Positions 11,273 to 23,916 of a DNA stretch of 29,763 nt are shown one piece after another. The position numbers and the translations under genes were made by a program. The stretch lies in the NCBI GenBank assembly GCA_045837725.1, contig JBEWZL010000062.1, positions 62,001 through 91,763 of the forward strand, written 5' to 3'. Source of the stretch: Vermamoeba vermiformis. Its lineage: Eukaryota. Below the pieces are notes generated by a model. It saw only the letters and a list, made by a program, of their open reading frames with translations. It was not told where the DNA came from and made no database searches. Each line of letters opens with the position of its first letter. Position 1 is the first letter of the stretch.

Positions 11273-13284
11273 TTAAAGAGCGTCATGGTAGATCTAATTA
11301 ATTAATTAATTTTAGAAAAAATATTTAGATTTTTAATTATTTACAACAATGTCGTATTCAGGCTCTGGCGGCGAGCAAAAATAGAACATAAAAACTACAC
11401 TAGCCGAAATTAACAAAATTAACGGGGCTAGTTGGCCGTACCACCTAAATGTGTATATTAAGCCATATATAATTAGATTAATAGAGATATTTTACGTACC
11501 CAAATACGGGCCACACTTTCCACGCGAATAAAAATGCAAAAACGAACATTAAAAAGCCCAAAAATATCATCACCACGATCGAGATGCTGAATATCGCCTT
11601 AACTTTCCTAATATAGCAAATATCGCGTTAGTCAAGGAAGGCAATTTAATACGATAATTAATAAATATGTTCAACAATCAAGATTTGGATCGGAAAAAAA
11701 TTGGTTTTTGCAAAATAGTCCAAAAAAGGATATTATAGGTAAATAGGTTATATTATTATCGTTATTATGTACGTACTTGATATTAATTGGTTTGGGCCTA
11801 TCTTCATCATCGCTCGAAATTTCTTCAGCAGATCTGACCGAATTGATCAAAAACGCACGCTGCTCTTCTTGTTCAATATCTTCATCGTCTTCATAATCAA
11901 CAAATCGACTGCTATTATAACGACTACTATTATAATTACTACTATCATCGCCACTCGATTTTTTGGCTTTTTGAAACCTCTGCCAGTTTTCTTGATTCAA
12001 ACTTTGCAAATTTTTCTTTCTTCTGCTGTTTCTAGCGTTAAAGAAAAGAATTTGACCCAAATTAAGAATAAAATTCGTCGCCAGGAAAAAATCTGCAATG
12101 ACTGGCTGGATCGAGTCGTTGAACAGTGCTACGCGACTTAAGAACGAGCACGTGGTAGCACAGCATGCTACATATACACATAAATATGATTGACCCTATA
12201 AATAGCCGCATTAAATTCTGTCAATTACTAAAATAGGAAATTAAATTTAAATACATCGGATCTGCTTATAATTTACTTTCTATGCAATTAAAACGATATA
12301 TTTATGCTCCATAATGATAATGATTATTATTAATATTAATTGTATAACGAAGAGGATGTATTTGAAACAAAAATTGGATCCGTTGTTCAGTGGTACTTTT
12401 GAACGGATCTACTTACGTCAGCCGTATCGTTTTTGAAATTTCTTATTATCTGAGGGAATGCTAGTCCCAAGCATAATACGACCCATGTCCAGTTAAGTAT
12501 ATCAGAAGCTACTGGCTGCAAGAAAATATCGATGCAGATCAGCCCTGTCGTGCCTGTTAAATACGCCAATAACGAGAGCCATTTCAATGTTCTTTTCGCT
12601 TTGCTACTCGTATAATAATGTTAGGCACTATTATAATAAATTTAGGTTTACAGGAAATAAATGAAAAAAATTAAAGTTGGGATCCGTTTTGTAACGGACT
12701 GAATCCGTGAATGTCGAAAACGAATACGAATATAGACCGTATATATAAATAATATTACCTATAATAAGCAAATTGAAGCAATAAAATCGAGATTGAAAAG
12801 CTGACAAAGATAGATGAAGCAGCATCGAAGAATGTTGAATCAATTCTGAACATCCAAAGGGTTCTTAACAACGAAGTCCAATAGAACATCCATATTGTGA
12901 TAATATTGAGGCCTTCTATCGATTTTCTAAGTTGAATGAATATTAGAACTTGTGGATTTCGATTTTGCGATCGTGATCTTCGGTTCATGTCCCGAAAAAT
13001 TGAATTGATTAATTTCTGATTCTTACCTATTAAAATTATATAACATTTGCGGTATCAACACTATAAACCATAAAATAGTAGCGCAGAAATCAAGGACCTA
13101 AACAAAATTTATTAATTTATTAATTTAATACTGAATCAGATAGTTAACAACTACAATAATATAAGCGTAATAATAGGTGCATTTACGCAGGTTTTATAAA
13201 TGTAATTGCGCTTACGTTGCCAGCAAGGCAAATCTCGTCACCCAGTTCCGGCAAACACTCCTTTATGAAGTCAAAATGCTCCAT
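11273..13284 (-). CDS. PQ-loop (SLC66/cystinosin-type fold) membrane transporter with an acidic cytosolic insert and two extra C-terminal TM segments; about 8 exons
   Basis: ATG at 13284 (MEHFDFIKECLPELGDEICLAGN). First PQ loop LWFIVLIPQMLYNFNRKSIEGLN, second GLAFPQIIRNFKNDTADGQS. Acidic stretch DYEDDEDIEQEEQ, then hydrophobic IFSISIVVMIFLGFLMFVFAFLFAW and LAPLILLISASVVFMFYFC, ending EPEYDIVIYHDAL* (TAA 11275-11273). Confidence 0.82.
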
Positions 13285-13574
13285 CGGATATCAAACAACT
13301 TATTAATTACACGATAATAATAAAGATATCATATCTCGTTTGTAGATCAGTTTTTCAGTTCAAATTGAAAAAGCCACCGATTTTTACTCCTCCGTTAATG
13401 GAAAAAAGCAACTCCACCAATTTATATAAATTAATAAATACGATTTATTACTAAGTTAAATGATTGAGGATTTTGTTTCGAGCAACAAGATCCACATCTA
13501 AAATTTCTCTTATATACAACCCAAATCCTATTGCCAGGACTTAATATTAATAAATATACGCCTAACGACTTGCT

Positions 13575-16500
13575 TTAAGAGCTGTCAGTGCTGTCGTCGC
13601 CAAACACCGAGTCACCAGAGCTGTCAGATCGCTTGTTGTTGTTGCGTCTGTTGTTGTTGCCACCAGTATTGCCCCATCGATTGCCACCATTGGTCGCTTG
13701 GCCCGACTGTGGTCTCCTAGAGGCACCAGGACGACGTGAAGCAGGCTTGTCAGAGCTCTCACTCGGGCTGTCACTGTCGCTGCCATCGTCGCTGTCACTG
13801 CCCTCACTGCTCGATTGGGCCTTGCGATTGTTATTCGACTTCGGGCCTGGCTTGGCACTCGCTGGCTGCTTGCTGGCAGGACCTTTAGTGGCCGATTGTC
13901 TGGTGTTAGATCTTGGAGGCGGGGCCGAGGACGATTCATCGCCACTGCCACTATCGCTGCTGTCACTGCTCGAGGACGAACCGCTCGAACTGACGGTAGC
14001 GCCACGCTTGGATCCGTCGCCCAGGTCAGCCAAATCGTGCACGAACTCGTCGGGGAAGATAATGTGAGACGAACCAATGATAATGTCGCGGCCGTATTGT
14101 TTGCTCATGTCACTGACAATCTTGCATTCAGCGGGGGTCACACCACCGGCAATAAAAAGAATAATGCGTGGGGGTTCGCGAACGCGTTTCTATATATGGA
14201 AATTAGTTTGTATAAGATGTATGAATGCTATTTTAGGCACGTACGAGTTCGGCCAAGAGAGGATTGGATTCCTTGTCCTTGCGACCAACAGCGGGACTGT
14301 CATTGGCCCACTTGTTGCCTGCTGTCTCCTTGCGACGAGATTTACGATCGACATCTAAAAAAGGAAATTTTAGGTCTTTTGTTCAATGAGAACAGCTTAT
14401 TAAGTACGTACTAGGAGTGCCATTAGCAGATCCGACTTCGTCGTCCTCGTTCACGAACGGGAAATCTTTAGAGCTCAATTTGTTCGAGAGCAATTCCTAA
14501 TAAGGAAATATTTGGTGAGCACGTGCGCGGAAGTAAAATTGATACGTACATCGAGCATGTCTTTCAAGGCAGGAACGAATCTGCTCAACACGAACTCCCA
14601 TTCTCCGTTCTTAGGGATACGCTTTTGGTCCTACAATAGAAATGACGTTAGTAATGAAACAAAAGAAAAAAAGTTGTGGATCTGGTAGTTTAAACAAAAA
14701 ATGTTAGACACTATTCATATTTTAATAGTGAATCATTATGATATGTTTAGCTGGTGTCGGTTAGACACGAAAAGTATGGCTTACCTTGCGCGAGTTTGAT
14801 TTCTTGAGCTGAGTCAAGTTCTTCAAAGCACGTTCGAGCGTGTCCATGTCATCCAAAACGATGTCCTTGACGACTTTGTCGAGCTTGGCCTCGGTCTCAG
14901 TGACCGAACTCGCGAGCCACAAGAGCAACATGCGCATCTTGTTCGTAGTGCTCACAAAGTCGTCGTTGATCACGCTCAGCACTTTCTTGCTAATGTTATC
15001 AATCTTCTTGGCTCGCTCGTCACGGCCAGTAGCGATGTCTTGTTCGATTGATGCTACTTTTTCAAGTGCACCCTTGTTGAACAGATCCATGCACTTCTTG
15101 GCCAAGTTAATGTGCAACGAGAACTATTGAAATTATCGTTAATAACGATTCGAAATATAAGTCAAATATTATTGGTCAAGTTTAAATGACAACTATTAGA
15201 GTTTTTAAATTAATAAGTCGTGGTCGTGATTGCGGTTAGTTTTAGGAACGGATTTGGTCTTACCTTTTGGTAAAGCTTTTGATATTTAGGCATAGCACGA
15301 ACGATGTCACTCAACGAGCTTAAATCTTTCTTGACCTAAAAAAGAAGGTTAAGTATGTTTCAGCTGGCGGATCTTGCCCAGTGAACTTACGTTCTTTTCT
15401 TTAGCGAATTTACCGGCCTTGTTCTCATCAACGAATTGTTGGAAGGTCTTAGCAATGAATTTCTTGGCGTATTCAATGTGCTGGTAACGTGCTGCAGCCC
15501 ACACTTTGTCTTTATCATCGAGCACTGCCTCGACTTGCGCTTCGTTACTGTTGGCATCCGTGTACGTGTGCCTTTAATTATAGTAATGATACGTTAGTAC
15601 TCGACGGCCATAACATAAATACACAAGGCTATATATATCAAGTCAATACGTACTGATATTTATCGTCGTGAATACCAAGAATGTCGTAGACCATGGATTG
15701 GTAGCAGAAATCGTGCAACAAAGGTGTAATCAAGTCATGAGTTCTATCCAACACGATCAAAGTGGCTCTATCACCAGAAGGAAGCTATATATAGCAACAT
15801 AATTAGCATATTAATTTATCAAACTGAAGATCCGAATTCTCGCAACATAATTCAAAATGTTATTGAGCTTAGTTAACTTCTGCTTCGTGCTTACCAATGC
15901 CTTAGCGCGTCTTAATCTCTCCAAGCCTTCTGAAACGTATTGCGCCAAGGCTGAGCTGTGAGTATGCGACTTGGCGTAACGCACGATCGGGAATTCACCA
16001 AGAGTAGCGCAAACTGTAACGATCTAAATAGTATAATATGAGCCACTGAATCATATTTTAGGCATATATCACGCCTTAATACCTTCTTAGCGAGTTTTTG
16101 AAGCTCCTTCTTGACTGAAGATGAATCCGGCGAGTACAAATTGAAAAAGCTCTTCTCACTTTCAATTTTGAATACTTGTCCTTCTCGACCTGTATTTATA
16201 TGTTAGCATTACTTTGTAGCACAATGTTTCTGATAATTAATAGTAAAACGCAGATCCAGTACGCGACAATTAAAATTAATTTAAAAATTCAATAAAAATT
16301 AGAATATTACTCCTTCTTCGTGCAATAATCTAAAAAAACGTAATGCATACCAATAAAATCAATATTGGCTTCCTTCAAAGTCTTGATTTTTGCAACGACG
16401 CGTTCCTGAGCGATCTTCTGCAACTGCTTGTCTTCGCAGGCTGTAATAATTTGGACATTAGCTTAATATAGGCAACGTATTGAATATGAAAGTACGAAAA

Positions 16501-17365
16501 AGTAAAGATAGCAAATGTAGACTCAAATTTATGCGAAACTTCCGATCCGTATTATTTTTCAATTAAAATCGTTTAGAATTACGCGGGATCCGATAAATTA
16601 CGTACGGGTGTGGAAGAAGACGTGTGCTGAGTGATATTTAGGTGTATCGGGGTCTTGGAAATCATCAATCAACCTTTCGATAGAATCTGAGGTCGGCGAG
16701 ATGAAGTAAATCGCATCCAAGTGTGGCAAGGGCTGTCGCTCGACTGAAATACTTTCGACCACTATACAAATATTAATATTATCGCAATTTCATGCAAGCC
16801 AGATTAAAGTTATTTCTGTTTTAGGAAGTTGATCTCCACGCGATCTCGTTAAATTAAACATGACTTTTGAATGAAATAATATCGCTATTGAGGCACCGGA
16901 ATATTATGTATTTAATGACAGTACTTACGTGAAATGCCCGAGTTCAAAATATCGGTCATCTCGACAAAATTGTTCAAGATGTGGGCTGTCTCTTTGTCGA
17001 GGATCAAAACCTTCGTCGAGCGAGTATCCACCGTTTGCAAAGTGTATAAAAATTCTAGAGTAAATATAGGGGTTAATAGCCGTCTACGGATGCACGGAAA
17101 GTGCGCACTTTTCAGGCGGATTTGCTTAAAATGTTTGGGCAATTAAAATTAATCACGATACTAGTAAATAATAATTTAAATAGCGTCATTTATGCATTTA
17201 GAACATAAATAATAATTATCCCGTGGAATTTGATTAAATAACGGATGCGCGTGTAAAAATTATTTGAAAGCTTCTTTTGCGTAATATTAATTAAATATGA
17301 TACTTACTTGCTCGAGTAATAGTAATAATATTCTCTTCTAATCTATCATCGACGATCTTCTCCAT
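13575..17365 (-). CDS. sec1: Sec1/Munc18 (SM) family vesicle-fusion protein, exocytic Sec1/STXBP type, multi-exon, with long low-complexity C-terminal tail
   Basis: KVLILDKETAHILNNFVEMTDILNSGIS, VESISVERQPLPHLDAIYFISPT, KTLKEANIDFI, ATLIVLDRTHDLITPLLHDFCYQSMVYDIL, SLHINLAKKCM, VASIEQDIATG, EFVLSRFVP and PRIILFIAGGVTPAE...IIIGSSHII all match Munc18/Sec1 blocks. Probable ATG at 17365, stop at 13577-13575. Confidence 0.93.
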
Positions 17366-18488
17366 AGTTCGCTTTTACAATTATAATGACTGGATTTGAT
17401 CTTACGTGTTTTTTGAATATGATGCTATAGAATACAAATAAATAGGTCTATTGTTGTGTCAAATAGACGTGAAACACGCGAATTGTTTTCGTCCTAAAGC
17501 GCCAGAAAGAGCCGTTGAATTTATCAATTTTAGTTTTTTGTCTTATTTTCCGTTTCAATGCTTTCCGTTGTCCCCATTTTATTTGAAACAATGATACATC
17601 ATATGCGCGCGATATTATCAACCATTTATTCTCATATTACGTGCATTGAGCTCGCGCATTCACCTGTCGTTTGATGCGTTTCCACATCTGACCTACAATT
17701 CTATGGCGCTGGCAATTCAATTCTTAATATAATATTCAGTAATACAACGAGCGTTATGATAAAGACGTAAGGACACTTACAGCTATAAGAGGAGCGAGTT
17801 CGAAAATCCAGATTTGTTTTGAACGCAAACGGTAACTTCGTCGTCTTCCTTGTCGGTAAAAATATCTCAAATTGATGACATATTAAATATTGGCGCTATG
17901 TACCGAACGGGGTGCAGAGATAGAGCGCACGAGCAATTTTTTTTCAACACCAGCCGCGCTTTTGTTTCCTTGATAGTACGTGTATTGTTGCCCGTGTAAA
18001 CAGCACGCACAATTGTTCGTGGACAGCTGTTGATATTGAACACTGTGTCAGTTGGGTTATTATGGTCATCTGGCTGGGCTAAATCCGCTTTGACGAACAA
18101 AACATAAATCACTACTTTTCCTATTTGTCGTATTAAACAACAAACTTTCTGTGTTTGTACGCTCGTTGTGCCACATCCACTATTCGTCAGACGTTTCGAC
18201 ACAAATCTGATCTGCTAGAGCTTTTTTTTACGGCATTATTGGGCGGATAGTGGTACCGCTAAATAGTCATGCTTATGGAGTACCTCACGTTCAATTTTAT
18301 GTTTCGAATGTCAAAAATTAATCTCGAACGTTGTGAAATTAATTTACAATTTAAAATTTCGTTTCGATATATAACACCACGCTTGGTCTTGTATTATTTT
18401 ATTTATTTATATTTAGATTATAAGATAGAGCTAAGCTCGGCGATTTGAAAGAGTATCGCAGGCTGGCTAGCGAATCCAGATCACAAGA

Positions 18489-21400
18489 ATGAATCTCCTA
18501 ACTTCTCCTCGGCCTTCATCTCAAGTATACTTAGAATCAATAGGGCCATTGTAGTCACTAGATTATTAATATGACTTGATTTTAGGTGATTGGCTTGACC
18601 ATTGATCAGGATGACAAAAACAAATTAAACGAAAAGCTTAACACAATTGAAAAATTACAATTTACATGGGAGAGCACATTCAAATTAGCAGAGCATTATT
18701 TGGAGCGATTAGCAGGTAAAATAGACTCAAAATACTTCGGGATCCTGATCTAAACTGTTACCTATAAAATCTAAAATATCGGCAAAATTATTTAATAGCA
18801 CCAATAGAATACACACATATTTATATGACGAGGACCATCGAAAGGAAATCAATGCAACCTCCTGATTTAGTAATTCCGAAACTGTTGCTTTAGATCAAAT
18901 TCCCAGCTTGATTTCAGGATTAAAGCCCTATTATAATCATATCGCTAATATTACGATTACAGAAATATTAGTAGTCGGTGGCAATGTTATTCAATCGATA
19001 GCTGCGGCGGGAGAAGTACATCCAGATCTACGAGAGGTTTCTAAGCACTTTTTAGCCTCACAACAAGCAACTGCCGAGAAAATAGTACGTAATATGATTA
19101 TCTATTCGTTAGTTCGAGCACTGGGTGTTTAGTTAATGGAGATCTGTCTTTTACGTTAATTAAGCGTGTCAACTTCAGTGGATTAATTCCCATACGGATA
19201 CATTTGCATAATATTCCTAATATGACATTAATTTTTGCGTTTACATAGCAAAATGAAGGTCTTCATAAAGTTCGGATCGATTTTTGGACATTCGACGACG
19301 CAGCTTTGTCGTTATTGAAGGTAATTCGAGATAATCATGTTTAAAACCATCGTACTATTATGATCATAATTTTGGAACAATTTAAACCAAATTCTAAATA
19401 ATAATGGCGGAGGCAATTTTTCCGATTCAATTTCGATTCAAAATCGGATCCATTTACGCTTCTTATCAGTATTTATTTAAATATGCATTTTGAGCAATTT
19501 TAACGATAAATAAACAGAAAAAGAAGGTCGAATTCGATTTACTCGATGAAAAGCTGTCGGATTTGCGCGATCAATTTAGATCGAAGGCGTTTATCGAGAA
19601 TAGCGAAAAGAAAGCAAAGAAAATCGATTCAGTACGTCATAATTAACAATATTATCAATAATATCATGCTAATTTCGTGTTTTTAAGATTGCTACTGCAT
19701 TAATCAATACTTCTGAAGATCACCAAGCAGCTTTTAAATATTTGAATGAAGGTCTTAATGATTTCATTGATCGGCTGACGATGGACTTGGCTAAGTTAAT
19801 GAAACTAGTAAGTTTATTAATGCACATTTCCGCTGCTGGATCGGACATTTGTTCGAATTTGTGTTTTTTTTCAACCAGATCCGCGGATTTGCATTTTCTC
19901 AATTAAAATAGCCCAATATACAACATAATGATCTAAAGATTAGATTTATACTCAAATACCAAATATCGGCTCACAACGCCAAAATTCAATTTCATGAAAT
20001 ACGTAGATTTCGGTAGACGTTGCTAATTTTAGTGATTCTTTGTTACATTATTACTATAAATGACCTAATTAACGCGTTTTTATTCAATAGATGTTAGAAT
20101 GCCAAGAAATAACAGGCGCAGCGATTGTTGAAAATGTTTCGGGTCTTGCCGAGGACAAAAAAGTGCTCAAAAACTATGTATCTCAATTACGGAGATCAAC
20201 GATGAGCTTGCCGGTAAGAATTGCAATTTTATAATCATTCGTTCAAGAAAAAAAGATTTTTTTGTTGGATCGCGAAAATAGACTAATTTTATTTTGGCTT
20301 TAGAAAACGGTGCAATTGACCTCGCAACAAATATTAAGGAATTTAGCGATCAAGAAGCATTTCTTAGAATTTTGCGACAAACAACATAATTCAGAGGTAA
20401 TTAATTTTTAGATCGGATCTGATTTTGGTTTAACGCTTACTTTTATTGTAGAATATTCTATTTTTGGAAGAAATATCAGTATTTAAGTCGATGAGTTCAT
20501 ATTCAAAGCGTTTATTATCAAAATCAAGGCAAATTACAGAAAAATTTATCGATCCCGAAAACGGCATTCAGATCCAGCCCATTAATATCGATGGAAATAC
20601 AGCGAATACTATTAAATCAAGTATTATCAAGGAAGAAGTGACATTAGAGCTATTTAATCAAGCCGTCAAAGAAATTGAAACAATTGTTAATACGAGCATC
20701 ATTCCAAAGTTTTTGAACAGCGATATTTTCAAAGAAAAAGTCGACCCGTTACTCAAATTGAATATTACTTATTATAGAGGTACGTATCTATTTAGAATCG
20801 TCCAAGTATAGGCCTAAAATTTTGGCGCCAATTCGTTACTCGATCTGATCCGTTTCATCGTCTTTAAAATAAGACTATCACCTTATAATCTTATATGAGT
20901 ATGTCTCGCAATACCATCTCTGATTTTTATTTCCTTTTATAGAAACTAGCGATGAAGTTTTGGCGTCAGCAGCGCGAGTCATTTCGAATCCACTGGCAAT
21001 GGATTATTTCACTCACTTTTTAGTGTAAGTAGCAATAATACATTAGCGAATAGTCATTATGATATGGTTATAATTAGAAACTATATATTGAACCTTTGGT
21101 TGAGTTTTGTAGAAGACTTTGCGACAATTTATTGACTTTCCTATTTAGGCAACAAAGTGGCGTGATTTTCATCAATTTGCTGTTGGACATTGAAAAGGCT
21201 TTGCGATCACCGCAACGCGAGTACGACGGACTGGCTAAAAATATTGAAAAGCTGTTGTTTGAAGACGAAGAATTAATGCAATCATTAAAGGTACGACGGA
21301 TCCACGAACAAAAATACTTGCAAAGTTAAGTTATTACGCGATTTTTAATTCTTTTTTATCGTTACAGGATGCCTCAAATATTGAAATTAGAGAAGATGAA

Positions 21401-23720
21401 GCTCTAACTAATCAAGAGTTGCAAAGGTAACGCAAGTTTTATTAATTTCCTTTTATAGAAGTTCATATTAAAAACGGGCGCTTGATTATGTCAAAAAATT
21501 ATTCATTAACGAGAAATGTTTTTTGCAGGATAAGATCGTTGGTGATCAAAATATTAGAGACCAAATACATGGATGAATTTCTGGAGAGCAAGCTTTGCAG
21601 CGATTTCAAGGCACGATGGGACATAGCACGTGTCGAGTACCTCGATTTTCATGAACGAGAAACTCAACGAAAACTCGATGGACTTAGTTCGGGCCAAGAA
21701 TCTGATTCGAACTCGAACAAAGAGGTACGATTACCATATAAGGAAATACTGCAAATTTGCGCTTATTTTACCCATATAAATAATTTTTAACGTTTTGTTT
21801 ATTTTCAGATCACGCCAGAACAGCGCAAATTGAAGTTGATGCGCACGAAGAGTTTGATCGAACGATCAGCCATTCCTTCATTCCCACCACCTGAAGAGAG
21901 CTCTTCGCCGAAGACATTAAAAGTTCTCGAAGACAAACGCGAGGTACGTAAAAACCACGTGGCTCCCTACGACCCTAAAAATAATAAGAAAGTTCGTTTT
22001 TTGAAATTTCGTTAATCTAACGTCAAATTTATTTTCAGAGCCGCAAATCGATGAAAAGTCCTAGAAAAGTATCTGTTGAGGCTGAAAAGTAAGTACAGAG
22101 CAGAGAAAAGATATTTTATTAATGACACTTTGACACGTGTCATCGTTAGCGTCAAGATCAGTTTTGACTTTAGCTGATACGATTCGACTTTGACACTTAT
22201 CGAGTTGACACGTGTCATTTTCGGGCCAAATAACGGTTGTATAAATATCGAGAATCTTATTTAATATTGTTATTTTAGGGTGATGAAGAAATTGAACAAA
22301 AAAACTAAAAAGCGATTAAGATCAAAGTAAGCACTATAATACGAAGTTATCGATAGTAATAGGTATACTAATTTATTCTATTTTTAGCACTTTATCGCTC
22401 AAAATTAGCGGTGCTGATATGCAAATGATGGAAGCAATTTTGAAAGATCCGAACGGCTTGCCTGTTTTGTTAGAATTCGTCGCTGGTTCACCTGAAGAAA
22501 GCGTAAGTTATCGATATTATTACTATATTTGGTAATAACATTTCTATATTAGGCTCTATTGAATTTTTATTTGGACGTTGAAAATTTGACGAAACTAGAA
22601 AATGAAGAACAGATTAAAGAAATGGTAAATATAATACTCTATAGTATACTTTTATATCATATTAATATTATAATACAGATTGATTTAATTTGGCAATCTT
22701 ATTTCGTCCAAGAAATTTTGCCGAAGCTAGATCCGGAAATTACCAAGTCCCTAAAGAAGAAATTTGCTCAAAATCAAGTAAGTACATATAAAAATAACTT
22801 AATATAGTATATTAGTATTAATACTAATGTTTCTATTAGGATATCGATAAGTTTGTCTTCGACAAAGCTAGAACGAACGTGTTTGAAATTATGGCGAGTT
22901 ATATTTATCCTAGGTAAGCTAAATTATTATTATAACATCTATTATACCATTAATAATGCTTTAAAAATGTTTTCTTGCATTTAAAATTTCCAGTACAAAC
23001 GGATCCAAATCTACGAAAAAATTTCAAATTAGCGTATTAATTAATTTTATGGCATATTATAGGTTCATATTGAATCAAACTATCGAGTTTTCAAAGTCAA
23101 CGCCTAGTTCTCCGCGAAGTATGAGTTCTTCGTGGTCGAGCGTCGAATCTAGTCCAAATGGTCTTGGTAACAGCACTGGAAGCTTGAATAGTCCTACGCC
23201 TAGCTTTAAGAGCACTAAGAGCCCTTCGAAGAGGTCATTAAGATCCTCAAAATCGGCATCTTATTTACCGACTCAAAGCGAGATCGAGCCGGCGCCAAAA
23301 GAACCAAGCAGCATCGAGAAAATTGATGTAAATAGACGAGGACCTGAACGGAAGACATCATTCAAGTTACCAGACGATGAGAACAATACTAACAGCAATA
23401 ATAATTCAAATACCAATAACGAATCCAGTACAATTTCCAAAAAAGGAAAAGACGTGGATCCGCTAACGCAATCTGAGACCAGTGAGAGGTATAAGAGCTC
23501 TAGTCGTAAAGAAAAGTCTCGGTCAGATAAAAAGAAGAAAAAGAGGTCTATCAGCGATGAAGATATGAAGAAAGTAAAGCCAGTTAAATCATCCGGCGAA
23601 TTAATTTCGCCAAGAAATTCCTCGAAAGAAAGTTTAAATGGCTCAGCGAGTAGTTTAACGAGGAGCTTGAGTACCGTTACTAGGAGCTCTACGAACTCGT
23701 TATTTAATTCGAACAAATAA
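18489..23720 (+). CDS. Large multi-exon protein: helical (possibly BAR-like) N-terminus, three RGS/RH domains and a Ser/Lys-rich disordered tail
   Basis: Probable ATG at 18489 (MNLLTSPRPSSQ|VIGLTIDQDD). RGS1 (~20304-20740): ILRNLAIKKHFLEFCDKQHNSENILFLEEI...INID...LFNQAVKEI...IPKFLNSDIF. RGS2 (~20943-21620): ISNPLAMDYFTHFLVQQSGVIFINLLLDIE...YMDEFLESKL. RGS3 (~22425-23075): ILKDPNGLPVLLEFV...LLNFYLDVE...FDKARTNVFEIMASYIYPRF. Last exon 23064-23720. Confidence 0.82.
22123..22217. promoter_or_regulatory. Intronic cluster of TGACAC half-sites and two perfect TGACACGTGTCA palindromes
   Basis: TGACAC at 22123 and 22191; palindromes at 22131-22142 and 22206-22217, inside intron 22089-22278 of the RGS gene. 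The function is inferred. Confidence 0.5.
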
Positions 23721-23916
23721 TAAATCGTTACGAAACCCTTGTTTATAGTATAATTGCTTTCTTTCCATTTAAGATAATATTTTACCTACGTTGCGAATCT
23801 ATTGTTCAATTGTTTGTTGGGATCCGATCCGATCAGGACCGGATGTTTATGTTTATTTCAACTGCGGATACGAACAAAATCAATAAGGTAAATTATGAAC
23901 CGAAAGTTGCTTGCTT

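Noticed and set aside
11273-11290. C-terminal HDAL as an HDEL-like ER retrieval signal
   Set aside because: It lacks the Glu and ends a polytopic membrane protein on a probably cytosolic tail.
13562-14414. Stacked long ORFs in several frames and strands (171, 159 and 199 aa)
   Set aside because: Shadows of the GC-rich low-complexity Sec1 last exon; only frame 13575-14141 has family motifs.
21078-21148. In-frame extension KLYIEPLVEFCRRLCDNLLTFLFR of an RGS exon
   Set aside because: The phase of the upstream donor fits the AG at 21147-21148, which gives a better RGS alignment (HFLVQQSGVIF); treated as intron.
23273-23716. Minus-strand hydrophobic 147-aa ORF; likewise the + ORF 11767-12141
   Set aside because: Antisense of K/E/N/S-rich coding exons, which read as F/L/I-rich frames.
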